Positions 24,401 through 38,259 of a stretch of 39,364 bases of DNA are shown here, in pieces; position 1 is the stretch's first letter; each line of letters opens with the position of its first letter. The notes beneath the pieces were generated by a model. It searched no databases, was not told the DNA's origin, and saw only the letters and a list, made by a program, of their open reading frames with translations. Made by a program: the position numbers and the translations under genes. Source of the DNA: Streblomastix strix (taxonomy: Eukaryota); assembly GCA_008636045.1 (NCBI GenBank), contig SNRW01000027.1, positions 1-39,364 on the forward strand, given 5' to 3'.

Positions 24401-27116
24401 GCGCAGTGTTGACACTAGCTTAAATCATTAATAATTTATTTTTATGAATCATTACCAAATCAGAATAGCAAACTGTACAGTTACTAGTTTCACAGGCACC
24501 CTTGCAATGACTATTTTCATATGATTACATTAAAATATACAATTGCAACAGCATCCATTATTCATGAATAGAGATTTAAACAATACTACTACATAATTGT
24601 AGCCTAATCAACAGAATTTTGCACCTCTGAACGTTTCCTTAAGCCGATAGCAATAAATCGAACTGATCATTTCAATCATAAGAAATCCTCAATAATAACG
24701 AGCTAGTGTGGAAATCAATTGAACCCAGTATCAGAACACTATGGCAAGAAACACTCATACTGTAATGAAGAATTACATAGAATTAGAAGGACGCGATAAA
24801 AATCCTCCACCTCCTGAGGCTTAAATCAACCAGGCCTCGTTTAATAGGCAGAGAGACTATTGAGCTACGAGATCAAACCTTCTGAAGTGTATTGGTAAAC
24901 CAGATGCTGATTAACTTCATCCTGGATTAGGAGAACGACAAATTGAAGTAAAAGAAATAATTTTTAGACTCGCCAGAGGCGAGATCATCTCAATTGTAGA
25001 ATGGAGAAAGTTTTGGAAAGAGTTTGACATAGATCTTATAGTAGATGCTGTAAGACTATAATCTCCTAATTCAGACTCAGAATTGCAAGGTAAAGACAAA
25101 GATTAAAGTAATGCCTTTTGGAATAATCCAAGAAATGGAGAAAAACAAGATGATTGATCAAATTCAGGAGGAAATAACCAGAATTTTTAAGAATAAATAT
25201 AAAATTGGGGTGATTTCTGATCACAAGATCGTGGGTAAAGAGGTGAAAGAGGAAAATTCAGATAAATAGATTACAGAGGAAATAGAGCCGGTGAAAACAG
25301 AGATTACGGATCTATAGACACATATTATAATTGTAATATCCACAATATATTTAATGTCCCTCGATGGCCTCCAGCCTCGCCAGTATCGGCAACTTCTTCG
25401 AACACAATAGTTTCAGACCTTACCCAAAGACAAACTGGTGTTCCTACTCCACAATTGGTAGGAACTTCCAACTCTTGGAAATCTAATAAAACTTAAATTC
25501 CCAAATAACAATTAAAATAATCTTGTCCTTCTCAAGGTACTCCAGGCCAACCTTAGCCCAAAGGTTAGTAATAATATTAATAAATAACAATAAATCCTAA
25601 ATCACATGTTTATTCATTATCTGATTAGCCTTCGATATCAACTTCGTAATCCTCCGAAACTTCAAGTTCTAATATAATACCTATTTCAACTCCATATGTG
25701 CATTAAGTACAATAGGAACAAGATCATCTTCTTCATTCTCCTGTAGCTGTGTCTTTTCCTCCAATCAATCCTTCTAATATTATACAACTTTCAGTAGTTA
25801 ACACATAGCATAATGACATGTTACAACCTGTATATAACGCACTGATACATCAATAATAAACTCAGAATCAATAACAATTGATAAATCAGCAATAATAACT
25901 TTTCCGTTGGAAAAAATTATAATTTACTGACTAATCATATAGACGTCCAGATCCTTAAAACTCTTGATAAGGCAATACCAATTAACCAACAGGGATGAAA
26001 TTTAGAGCAGATTTAAAAGCATAAAGACTTCACAATTTGCTACTACTCCAAAAGAATAAGGTTTAGGAAAGAATACCAGATTCATATGTTACAAGAAGCA
26101 TTGACTAAAGCTCAGAAATTTTTAATTTACGGAATGCTTATGAATTTGAGTGCTTAAATTAGAGGTTACATTAATCCTTCATATTATTATTTTGTAAATT
26201 TTTAACCCAGCTTCAATAAAAATTAATATATTGATGATCTCATCTAGATTCGTTCATATGACCAATAAGAATACTCATATGAATCAGATGATAATCGATA
26301 ATAAGAGACGAGGATTAAAACAGCGATGTTGATGTATTTGGAGAAGCAGATCTAATAATATTCTAATTCAAATGTCAAAGTGGAAGTGCAAAGAAGAGTT
26401 GAGGTAGAAGTAAAGCATTATCTCAATCACAACCTTTTTATCTAGTTATCTATCTATTTAGGGAAGTACGTAAGTTAAGTTAAGAATCGCTGGACAGAGG
26501 CGCAGGAAAACTTGAGTAACCAATGGGACTATAAATCTCAGCGCCTAATATTCTCGTTTAAAGCAGATCCCTGGCCGCAGTGACTATAATTTTTGATCAA
26601 GTATGAACCTAAATATGGAACAGATGATGGAAAGGGAACTTACTCAAACATAACCTAAACCAATGATAGCCTTATTGTTTTAATAGCTCCACTTTAATCG
26701 GGAATTTCATCATAGCATGCAAAGGAAGAAACCAAAAGTGTTTTTACAGCTTAACGCGCAAATATTAAACATTAGAATAATGGAAATGAGATGAACATCC
26801 CTCAACAAGCTCATCTTGCAGCTTAACGCGCAGATGGCCCTGGATTCCAACCCCTGATTTATCAGGGGCAAGAATAATCTGAAGTGGATACTGAACAAGA
26901 CTAGGGTCAACTAGATTTAAATACTCTTTCAGATAAACCAGAAAATGAAAGCCCACCGGGGCTTACATAAGAAACCGAAACGAGCAGAGCGAATAAAGCA
27001 GCTTCAAATCACACCCTAAATCATCCCGTAAGAAAAAGAAGTCAAATGACAGAGCAAACTTCGACTCTGAACTGCACATGCTGAAATAGGCCTGCAGCCA
27101 TTAACAGAAAGAGAAA

Positions 27117-29075
27117 CTTCCAGAGAATCTTCCTAGAAGAAGTTTAACCACCGAGTATCATTAACAACTGTGTGAAAAACTCATCAGGTACATCACTGCT
27201 TGCTAAACAATTAATTGTAAAGATTTCTTATTGAAAGGACTTTATCTGATCATTAAAGACAACAAAAGTCAAGAGAAACTTTAATAAACAATAGCATAAT
27301 GTCCATTCCAAGGGATTTAAACCAAAATGCAAGCATTCAAAGAAATGTTATAGGAACAACAATAGCAAGTATTAATAGAAATGATTCCAAAAAAACAGTT
27401 TTAATATTGGAACCCAACCTTTCTGGTTCCTAAACTTTTAGAAGAATAGAGAACAATAATAGATGCAAGTCATCTGAAAGAAGAAATTCAACAGTTACAT
27501 TTCCAAATGAATGACGTTAAGCAATTTCGATATCTTCTCATTCCTAACGATTGGAAAATAGCACTCGATCTCAAATCACCCTTTCACCACTTAATCGTAT
27601 ACCCTTCACATAGAGCAAATCTGGCTTTCGAAGTCGATAATCACCATTACCAATATAAGACAATGCCTTTTGGATTTAAACTTTCCCCAATATTCTTTAC
27701 TCAAGCTATTACCCTCTTCTTAAAAGAGATTCTTAAGATAATTGATATCAAGATCATCAATTAATCCGACAATCTACTTCACCTGCATCAACATAAAAAC
27801 TGTCTTTTTTACCAAATACAACATATAATCAACACTCTTAAGCATTTTGGTTAGACAATAGCTCATAATAAGTGCCAATTAATACCGAAATATGAGACTG
27901 ATATCTTCGAATGGACATGAAATATGACAGAAATGAATATTTTCATGACTAAAGATAGAAGACATCAATTATTAGAATAAATTAAACTGTTTATAAAGAA
28001 CACGTAAAGATATAAAATAATCACGATTAAAGAAACAGCAACTCTTGATAGGAAGATTGAATTTCATGAGAATTCAATTCAAAGAATCATCATTTCATCT
28101 ACTGTTAATAGATTCAGCAAAAACTAGGTCAGCTAAAACATAAAGTTGAGCTGGAATGAAGGTCTCACCTCTGGGTACCCTGAAGGAACTCTTTTTGTGG
28201 ATTAAAAAAAAGCATAAAATAAGAAGTACTAAAAATAAGTCTCAATTCCACAAGCAACAGTAGTAACAGGTCGCACACTCCATATATGAGGAGCAACACT
28301 ACAACAAGATTCTGGAGAGGTTCTAGTAGCACATGGAGCATGGTTAAGCTGCCAAATACATTGCACAGATAATAGGTATGAATTGCAGGTCATTCTCTTT
28401 GGTTTAATAGCTTTCGCAGGGGTTTGTAAAGAGCTACAGATAACTACTCTCCTAATCAGATCAGATAACTCTACAGCAGTATTCGATTTAAGAAGGCTGA
28501 GAGCAGCAGAAACGTTAGCACCTGCCGTGAAGGAGATTTACCTCACTTGCCAACATTTGAATATGAAAATAATAACTTAGCACGCCCTTGGAAAAATAAA
28601 CATAATAGCGTTTGCACCATGTCGATTATATAGATCAGGATACTACCTCCATTATTTATTTTAACTAGATCAAATAAAAATGATATGGAACTTCCAATTA
28701 ACTCTCGATCTATTCGCATCATAAATAACAAAACAATTATCTTGATATGTGACAGCGAATATAATTAATTAGCAAACTCAATGTATATACGTATTATCTC
28801 ACATATTGATGAACGACATCCAAATAGCTCACCAAACGAATCCAATTTTGTCAAGAGAAACTTCGTACTTTAACAACGAATTGACTTTAGCAGTTGTAAT
28901 TGCACCATGGTGACCGGGCCTGCCATGGTTTACATGCTAAATGAATCAGTCAAGCAAGTACCTTATCCTTGGATAGTCAAGCCAATGCCTAATCAAAATG
29001 ACTATGCATGAAGGTGTTAAAAAGTATTTTACTACCTGGAAAGATAACAGCAATCCTCATGGACCAGAAGTGCAG
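27117..29075 (+). pseudogene. Pol (RT-RNase H-MT) of DIRS element 2
   Basis: WNPTFLVPK, LDLKSPFHHL, MPFGFKLSPIFF, YxDD decayed to QSDN (27762-27773), *GATLQQDSGEVLVAHGAW, LLIRSDNSTAV, LDLFAS, VIAPW*PGLPWF. Confidence 0.92.
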
Positions 29076-30490
29076 TTGGGTAGAATATTTTTAACCTAGA
29101 TTTTAGACAGGATAGGACTTTCTAGACGAGTTTTGCAATTACTCATCAATGAATAGAGATTCGAGACATAAAGACACTTTCCTTACGCAATGTGAACGTT
29201 GGAAGAATTTTCTTACGAAAATAGTCTCCGTACTGATAAATTTATCTAAATAAGCCTAAAATTCTTAATTTAGAAGTTATAGATTGGTTTATAAGATAGA
29301 ATCCAAATGCATATTCATTAAACTCACTCCAATCTTGCTTAAATTCAAAGCTCTCTCTCATTTTTGATATATGGATGGTTCCGTTCAGAACCAACATCTA
29401 TAATTTTATTCCATAAAAACATTTAAATTATTTTTATTAATAATTTTCGTAAATATTAAATTTTCAATTTTGCTCGTACAAAAAAAGTGCAAAAATATTA
29501 TTTTATTATATGCGCCACGAATCGAATGTACTACTATGCATGGTTTGCAAATATTTATAGTTCAATATTTTTAAATTAATTTTTCATAACAATTATTCAG
29601 TTTCACCGGCTTCGACGCGAAAAAATCTAGAAAAATCATAATATTCGTTTTTCTATTGGAACTTGCATTTAATTGTTTATAATTTTGTTTAACTATTATT
29701 TTAATTTAATTTTATAAATAATTTTCTAATAAATTAAAAATATATTTGCCAAGTTATACGGCAGATTCGATTTTTTATTATTTTTTCATGACCTTCGGGG
29801 CATAATAAGTTAAAAATTAAAAATTCAATTATTTATTATTTTATATGAAATTTATTGTAAATTTAAGTTAAATTTAATAAAAAAAATAAACAATTTTCGA
29901 GGAGAAAAATGAAAATTATGAATTTTCTAGATTTTCTCGCGTTGACGCCGCTGAAACTGAATAATTGTTATGAAAAATTAATTTAAAAATATTGAACTAT
30001 AAATATTTGCAAACCATGTAGAGTAGTACATTCGATTCGTGGCGCGTAAAATAAAATAATATTTTTGCACTTTTTTTTGTACGAGCAAAATTGAAAATTT
30101 AATATTTACGAAAATTATTAATAAAAATAATTTAAATGTTTTATTGAATCAAATTATAGATGTTGGTTCTGAACAGAACCATCCATATCATTAAAAAAAT
30201 CAGCTCCGTCAAAACTGGTTAATAAAATAGTTTTAAACTGTACGATTATAGACAGATGATATTTTAATATGTGGGATATAAGACAATTATTTGATTACTG
30301 GCGCTCGCGACCTGATGACAAAGATTTATCAGATACGGAGGTACAAACGAAACTTGCATCGTTATTGCTCTCCATATGTTTCATCAGGATAAATGCGACA
30401 GCCGAAATAAATTTAGCAATTTCGAACATAGCTTTTAGAAACTCAACAGCAAATTTATGCTTACTTCCGAAAGCGAACAATTCTATCAAT
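29060..30490 (+). pseudogene. Tyrosine recombinase of DIRS element 2, split by a MITE and truncated
   Basis: MDQKCSWVEYF/GRIFLTQILDRIGLS ... LSLIFDI|SLKKSAPSKLV ... MWDIRQLFDYWRSRPDDKDLSDTEVQTKLASLLLSICFIRIN (first catalytic Arg region). Homology ends near 30485, before the C-terminal catalytic residues. Confidence 0.8.
29373..30184. mobile_element. Non-autonomous foldback/MITE DNA transposon, ~280-bp TIRs, ATAT target duplication
   Basis: GGATGGTTCCGTTCAGAACCAACATCTATAA... (29373) versus ...TTATAGATGTTGGTTCTGAACAGAACCATCC (30184). The inverted match runs to ~29655/29901. ATAT lies at 29369-29372 and 30185-30188, and removing the insert restores the YR frame. Confidence 0.95.
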
Positions 30491-30759
30491 TTTCTTCTTA
30501 TAACTCAATTATTATTGTGCTCTTTAAACGATTTATTCAATTTTCGTATCTTTAAAACATTAATATAATTATAATGCAGACTATATATGGAATGTATATT
30601 TGTTTGAATGTTTAAATTTTATTCAAATAATAAGTTCATTATTTGACGCAAAAATTTTTAGCGTTTTAAACATTTGATCGAAAAGCAAATGATCATCATT
30701 ATTATAAATATCTAAAATAAAATCTATTATGCATTAATAAAAAAAATCTATTGTTTAAT

Positions 30760-31245
30760 TAGAAATTATTTCTATTTGTTTGCATTTATTATTTAAAATC
30801 TATGACTCCATTTCTTTTAGTCCACCCGATTCTTCTATTTATTCAAATATCTGTTTAATCAATGATGATTTTTGTATTAATTTTGGATATTTATTGTCAT
30901 TTCTTCCATAATTGATATTATTTAAAAAAACTTTGATATTATAAATACTTTCGAAAATTTTTTCATTTCTTTCATTTATGCTTCCTCCGAAAGTTTCAAT
31001 AAACTGAATAATTGAATCAATATTGTTGAATTTTAAAAATGCAATCATTGTTTTTTTTTCTAATTTTTATTATTATACTTTCAATTTCTACTTTGTTGAA
31101 TAGATTATATTTGTAATTAATTAATATTAACATAAATGGAATTAATTATGGTAAAGATAGAGCATCATAAACGGATTCAGGATAATTAATGAATTGAATA
31201 TTATATAATTTAAGGAAGATTTTATTTCATTATTGAAGTTGCTAT
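30760..31245 (-). pseudogene. Orphan last exon of a helical (ARM-like) host-family protein
   Basis: Follows an AG acceptor near 31243. Open with TAR=Gln: NFNNEIKSSLNYINIQFINYPESVYDALSLPQLIPFMLIL...IRKKTMIAFLKFNNIDS...LIKQIFEQIEESGGLKEMESQILN. Upstream exons were not identified; the hAT element sits immediately 5'. Confidence 0.45.
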
Positions 31246-31586
31246 CAGATTAGAAAATTAAGTAAATTAAAAAAATACATATTAAAAAAAATGTGTGAAT
31301 CTAATAATAATATAATTCAGGTTTATTTTTCTTATTTTTTGTTAGTGGCAACGTTGCATTTGGGGGTGGCAAACTTTTTTTGAATGTAAATATATAATAA
31401 TAAATTCTTTGAAATTTATTAATAATAAAAAATTAAATTTTTTTATTTTGACAAGTATAAATTATTTAAAAAAAATTATTAAAAAAAAATATATTAGTTT
31501 ACCAAAACTGACAATTATTATGAATGACACTGAGGAATTTTTAAAGAAATGAACAAATAAAAAATCAAATATAATTAATAATGAAT

Positions 31587-31886
31587 TTAATTGAAGTTTC
31601 ATTTGAATTAAGTGCTTTTCAGGAACAATTCAGTGTAATTCAGACTAATATAGATAAATCAATTTAATGAAATGAATAAGAGGAATAGTTATGATTGATT
31701 CTGATTTTAATTGAAGTATCATTTGAATTAAGTGCTTTTCAGGAACAATTCAGTGTAATTCAGACTAATATTGATAAATCAATTTAATGAAATGAATAAG
31801 AGGAATAGTTATGATTGATTCTGATTTTATTTGAAGTTTCATTTGAATTAAGTGCTTTTCAGGAACAATTCAGAGTAATTCAGATT
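31587..31886. repeat. 120-bp tandem repeat, 2.5 copies, inside the hAT end
   Basis: The unit ttgaagtttcatttgaattaagtgcttttcaggaacaattcagtgtaattcagactaata... recurs at 31591, 31711 and 31831 with few mismatches. Confidence 0.95.
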
Positions 31887-32166
31887 ATTTGTTTAGAAAT
31901 ATAATTATTATGATAAATTGAACTATTAATTTGATTGATTTTAACAAATTTTGAAGAATATATAGTTTGAATTCTTTGATAAATAATAAAATTCAACATA
32001 AATAACTAATATTAAAATAATAACATTAACAAATAAATTAATATATTTTTTAAAAATAATATATCAAAATATCAATTAAAATTTCAATATAGACATAACA
32101 ATCATTAAAAACAATTATAATTAATAAATAAAATAAAATTGTGATTTGATAATCTTAGTTATCTCA

Positions 32167-34285
32167 TCATTCATTTTAATCATCTTCAAATTCTTCCATA
32201 TATCTGTTAATAAAATATAGTTTAAGCTGCCAAAAATTAAGAAGTTAGCCTTGCCACTATAATCCAATAATTCTCGAATCTTCATCAGATATTTCATCAG
32301 TAGAATTAAAAAATTCTGAAAGGATATAATTTAGAGTCGATTCTCTAAGTCTATTCCTTATTGATGATTTAACTTTTTTCATTGCACTGAAAAGATGTTC
32401 ACAAGGTGCATTTGATGTTGAGATTGTAATTTGAATTTGAGCTAAAGTTCTTATCATCAGTAATTAGCTAAATTCTTATGATCTCAATATAATTTAACAT
32501 GTTGATTACACATATTTTCTTCCTGCATCTTTAATAAGATTTCTTGCTTCAACCCATTCTTATTCCAATTAAATTGAAACTTATCTTTTTTATTATTCAT
32601 CATGCTCTTAGATATTCAAGTTAATTTATTCTTAATTTAATGTTGATTTCAATTTGCGATTATTTCTATTCTTCTATTATTTTGATTTATCATTATTTTC
32701 TATTTCTAAGAGATTGAACTTTAATACTTAATTGAACTGTTCTGCTAAAATTGATATTTCATTATTATCATAATTAATTTTTAATTCTTGATCTTCTGGA
32801 ATTTTGATTGAATAGAAAATCTTGAACGAGTATATAATTTCTTTTTATGGGAATATTTTATCAAGATTTGTAATTAGTGATTTGATATATTTTTCTTTTT
32901 AATTTACAAATTTTTAATTATCTTTTTCATCCATATCTCCCCATTATTTGAAATTCTCCCATTATTATGAGCACTCTTTAGAAGTTATATCATCTTTCTC
33001 TAATATTGCTAATCTATCTTTCAAAGTTTAAATTCTGGGAATGGATTCAGAAAGATCAATGCAATGTTACTGGAAGATTTTAACTGTCAGTTCAATGATA
33101 GATTAAACTGTTTGAAGTATTACTAAATGAAAGATGAAATCTTTCTTATTAATTATAAGAAAATATCCATTCGCTATAGGATTATGATCTTTGACAGATT
33201 CCAGATGATAACGAATTGAAGGCAGTTCTCTAGGAATTGAGTTTACCAACTGTAAGTACATGCTCCATCTTACAACTGAAGGTCCTTATAATTCAATCAT
33301 ATCCTCTTCATCATTTATTTTATGAATTTACTTTAACGCTTCATGTCTTTTTACATTTCCTTGATAATAGCTGCAAATGTCTTCAGTTGATCCTAACACT
33401 TTCTTCAAATTTAGATTGTTTGAATCATTGGTTGCTTCTTACAAGGCAAGTTATAGACGATGATTGCAGCTATAAAATGGTAAGATCCATGGAAATTCAT
33501 CGCATAACTTCTGTATCATTCCATTTTTTCTGCCTGTGAAAGATGCTGTTCCATCTATTGTAACTGAAATCAAAAAGTTAATATTCAAATTATGTCTTTT
33601 TATCATATCAAGGAATTTGAATTAATGATTGTCTGCTGTTGTACCTTCTATTTGAAGATCTTGCAAATCTAAAAATAGAACTAAAACATTTCCTTAATCA
33701 TCTTTCATCCGGACCATTGCACCAAATTGCTCAATGTTAGATACGTCTTTAGATTCATCAAACATGACTCCCTAGATTTTTGATTTTCAAATTTATTATT
33801 CGACTTTTTGTATGAAATATTATCCGATGAATTTCAGAAATCCATACAATGTTGTTGATGAAAAATGGCCGAATTTAACAATTTCATTAGTTGATGTTAT
33901 TATCTTTATCAACGTTATTATTCTTTATATTTTATTATTGCTTAATTCAATTTTCATAGATTTATGTACAATTATGACCATCTTTATTGCACCATTTGTT
34001 CTAATTAATTACTATTATTCATTATCTTTGGTAATCGGAGACTTCAATCTTTACTTTTCTTCCTTAAATGCTTTTTTCATGTTATTCTGTTTCTAAAAGT
34101 TTTCTTAAGCTTGATTTTCTCTTCGGTAGTGCTGGGAAAGTGATGTATTTTCTTCGATTTCCTAATTTATGTTTGGAATATACAGAACAAAAGATTCCGT
34201 CATTTTAATAAGGAGCAAAATGAAAGCATCTACTTTTCAATTCATTGTCATATAATTCATCATCAAATATCCATTCTTTTTTTTA
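32167..34285 (-). pseudogene. hAT transposase (ZNF862/ZMYM1-like type)
   Basis: Decayed Zn finger GIFCSVYSKH..., GVMFDESKDVSNIEQLV (D1, ~33745-33772), SVTIDGTASFTGRKNG (D2), SCNHRLQL (CxxH region), ISTSNAPCEHLFSAMKKVKSSIRNRLRESTL (E and dimerisation domain), TGA at 32167. Frameshifts present. Confidence 0.92.
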
Positions 34286-36839
34286 AATTTTCTCTAATTA
34301 ATAAATTAATAAAATTAATAAATTAATAAAATTAATATTTAAATTTCAATTATAATCGAATAAAGCACAGACTTCAGGAAAACTACATTTTTCCAGTTTC
34401 AACACAGGAAGTTTTTGCTGTTTTTTCATCATACTCTGTTTGTTTATATCATTAATTTTTGGTTTATTCAATTTTTCATGTTTAATTGGTTAAAAATAAT
34501 CATATGTTTTCTTTTAAGATTTTGTTGGAATTGTAATAATATAAGAATATTTGTAATAATAACAATAAATTTAATAACAATTAATAAAAAGCACAAAAAA
34601 ATTCTTAATTTATTAAAAATATGTTTAAATTTGTAAATTTCAAAGATTAATAAATACAGTCATGATCAGAATCAGTTTCAAATATATCAGCCTCATTTGA
34701 ATGTTTTGATATTTTATTCTTATCTTAATTGAAATCATTATCCTAAATTCCATTATTATAATGCAAAAACTATTGATTTAACAAATTCGTTATGTTTCTT
34801 AACCGTTTTGTGCCTAAATTCGTACAGCCTTTGCACATATTTCAATTTCACTTCCATGTCGCATCAGTTAATCAATCGAAACAAAATCCTGGAAAAATAG
34901 TATAGCCTGTGGATGATGATTCATTTTTTTTCAGTAATATTAATTTTCTATAATATAAATAAAATAAATATTAATTAAAAACATAATAATACACACTTTA
35001 TCTATCCATATTTAGAAAAAATAAAATAGGATCATCTTCACCTAGAAATAGTGGATAATCAGTCTCAAGCAAGGAAGATTCAAATTATTCACTTTTAAAA
35101 AGCATTCTTCAGAAAATGGTATTATTCTAGTTGAATTTGTCTCTATAAATATATAAATGTAATAATGCATGTCTGTAAAATACACATTTTGAAAAAAAAT
35201 CATGTAAAATATAGGTATTTAAAGCAAAAAATTAATTCTATTTAAATTAGCAAAAAAAACTGTGTATTTTAATTAATTTTTTAATAGATTAATAAAACAA
35301 ATCTTTAAAATATAGTAATATCACTCAAATAATTGAATTAGAACATAATTAAGTACCTTGTTAAAAGAGATGAGAATCAGTTAAATTTTTGTTTATTTAC
35401 ACGTTATTAATCATGTCTAGTCATTTTTAAAAAAGTATGGTTTTTTTCTTTGAATTTTTTGAAAAATTGTCATAATAGGTGAATTCGAAAATAAGCTTAT
35501 TTTCTCAAAACTCAGGGTGGCAACAAAAATGGCTCAAAAGTGGTTGTTGCCACCCAGTTTAAAGGAGAAAAAAATCTCTGTATAATATAAGAATTGTTTA
35601 AAATTTTTTTGATGGAAATATCGCTCTGTGAAAATTTAGCTGACTATTCAATCGGAGAAGCGCAAGGGTAAGACAGACGCAGCAATCGCGTGATCATTGA
35701 AAATAGAAATAAAACGCGTTTCTAGGTACAAGAACGGCACATATACAGAATGATCCATTAGACAAAAAGGAATAGGTTATCAAAATGTAACACTTAGCGA
35801 ATTAGTCACCATCAGGTGATAGGTATAGTGCAAACAATGGCTAGAGTGTCGAGAACGAATTGACAGGCAGCGGATCTCGACGCATTTTAAAGTTACGTGA
35901 TGCGTAGGGAAACTAGCTTAAATACTGATGTCAATATTAGATCTTGGGAAGTGATTTTAATTTTTGAACATCTTTAACGATTCAATTTTTGTAATTTAGG
36001 CATCAGAACATTTTCAATAAATTGATATTATTAAATGTTATATATTGAACTACATCTTCATATTATCGCGCTAAGTGTACTCAATAGTATTGCAAGGCAA
36101 GAAGAATCTTTAAAATGAAGATTTAAATGAAAAAGATGATGATTAGTAGTTCTAGAGTGGAATAGAGATGAATGATCTGTAGAATAGGACGAAATATTTG
36201 AATGAAATAAAAATTAAGAAAGAAAATATAATATATATTTCATTATTTGTTGATGAAAGCACTTTAAGAATATCAAAGATTATTGAATATAATGAATACT
36301 AATCCAGAGTTAATTAAATATTGAATTAATGACTGCTGTTCAACTATTAATGACAATTCAGATGAATATGTGGTGCAAATCTTTCGTGAAATTGTATATT
36401 GTTGTTTAAATAATCAATATTTGTATTTATGATTCTCGAATGTTCACTCGATTACTAATTTACTATGCAATTAATATGAAAGAGAATATAAATATATATT
36501 CATAATAATAATTTATAACTCAATTATTACTTTTAAATTATCATAATTCTTACTTATTTTTAAAATTCGAAATAAATTTTTATCAAGAGATTTTTATATT
36601 CATTTAACTACATTTTTTAATTAATATTTAGAAAATAAATCAAAATTTATATATATTGTTTATTTTATAATCACTTTAAATGTATTTTAAACTTCAATTT
36701 TACATTTTTTTTAATTTAATAGCAAAAGCATCAGTAATGAATAGTAAAGGAAAGTTATTTATAGTTAGAGTACAAAATATTAAAGCAATGAATGCGATTC
36801 ATGAACTTTAAAATATATGAATAAGATATCCTGAATACA

Positions 36840-37338
36840 CATGTAAACATTTGAGCTATAAGCAAAGTACTTGAGGAATTACTTAGACAATTGAAAGATA
36901 AAGATGCAACAATTGAGAGGTATTAAGTGGAAAATGTGGCGAAAGAATAATAATATTGAGAAGAAAATTGGAGAAATAGATAAATTATATAGAAAATATG
37001 ATGAAACTATTTTAAATATGAGAGATAAAGGCAAAAGACCTTTAAAACCTGCAACATTTAACCTAAATGGAAATATTGAATAGAAGAAAGAGCTATGTTC
37101 TGAGATGGAAAAGAACTTCATGCGTTAATTGATTTCTATTCTTGAATTGAATAAGACGAATGATCATTTTGAAGTTGAGATTTGTGATACATAAGCTGAG
37201 CATACAGTTCTATCACAGAAGAAACTTCGTCCGGAGAGAGTTATTGATAGTGAAGAGAAAAAACTCAATGAATTAAGTTTATCTGCTTAGCTTTTATTGG
37301 CATATTTTAAACTAAAATTTGTCAAATAAATTTGTTGA
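36840..37338 (+). pseudogene. Coiled-coil-like coding remnant, unidentified
   Basis: KNNNIEKKIGEIDKLYRKYDETILNMRDKG...RVIDSEEKKLNELSLSAQLL is open for ~145 codons with TAR=Gln; the upstream part is broken. Confidence 0.3.
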
Positions 37339-38259
37339 ACATGCATTTTAATAAAAAAATTTACGATATTTATGCATTTTATATAATTTTTATACGAACT
37401 TAGAAACTATAAAATAATTGTTTTATATTCTTTTGGTAGAGATTCTAAAATATTATGATACACATAATTGCATTTAAATATATTTACAATTAAAAATACT
37501 TGCAACTCAAGATCTGTCAAAGTGAGCGGTTGGCAGAGAAGTAATTATTCTTGGGAAAGATCATCCAAAGATAAGTGACTGAGATATGTATGTACGAGAT
37601 ATTCCAATGTCGGAGATTTCTCCATAATTGCATTTTTCAGGAATTTGGATCATCCAAACAGGATTATATTTAATATATAATATACTAATAATGTATATAT
37701 AAATATATATTAATTTATTTATTATGTTATCAGTCAGAACAGTGCAAAAATAAGAAAGTAAAAATTTGAATAGAAATAAGCTCTTGTCCGATGGTTTGAA
37801 AATATCTGGCTCTGGACATTAGAGACAGCCAAACCTTATCATGCTTATATAGTTAAAAAAAATTCACAAAAAATATTTTTAAAAAAAACACAAATTTGTG
37901 TGTCTCATAACGTGGCGCTAAACATCTTGTTGATCCAAAGAATATCAATTTATTTTAATTGCCATCAATTATCATTGAAACTATTTAATTAACCTATCCA
38001 GACACAAGTGTAAGAGAAAAAAAAAATTATAATTAAAAATTGATTTTCTCACGATTTTGTAAATATAAAATTAAATATATTTTATTATTTTTCATAATTT
38101 TAATTTTTCAATTAATTTATTTTAATTATTCGCAAATAATAATTCATTTTATAAAATTGGAAATAATCCTAAACAAATTTGCATAAAAAGAAATCTACTA
38201 TCTCTGAATTTCTTTTGTTTATATTTATTTTTTTGTTTATTTTTCATTTTTCCGTAGTA

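Larger units (their letters stand above)
23540..30490 (+). mobile_element. Second DIRS-type retrotransposon (different family), decayed, 3'-truncated, MITE-interrupted
   Basis: GC rises abruptly at ~23540. A gag-like ORF starts at ATG 23642, followed by a long Q/P/S-rich region, RT-RH-MT and the N-terminal half of YR. No right terminus seen; the left boundary is approximate. Confidence 0.8.
31318..35580 (-). mobile_element. hAT-superfamily DNA transposon (degenerate)
   Basis: Imperfect TIRs CAGGTTTATTTTTCTT...GTGGCAAC (31318-) and GTTGCCACCC...GGAGAAAAAAATCTCTG (-35580). Subterminal GGGTGGCAA motifs at both ends. Flanks tataatt / tataatat form an imperfect TSD. Internal transposase present. 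Confidence 0.8.

Noticed and set aside
18110..28913. TGA read as Trp (all three stops reassigned)
   Set aside because: In-frame TGA occurs only in elements that also carry frameshifts, falls at Arg as well as Trp sites, and is absent from the intact 1495-aa gene, which uses TGG and ends in TGA.
35610..35950. GC-richer island right of the hAT end; also 22855-22995 and 37495-37850
   Set aside because: No consistent frame, RNA gene signature or repeat partner identified by eye.
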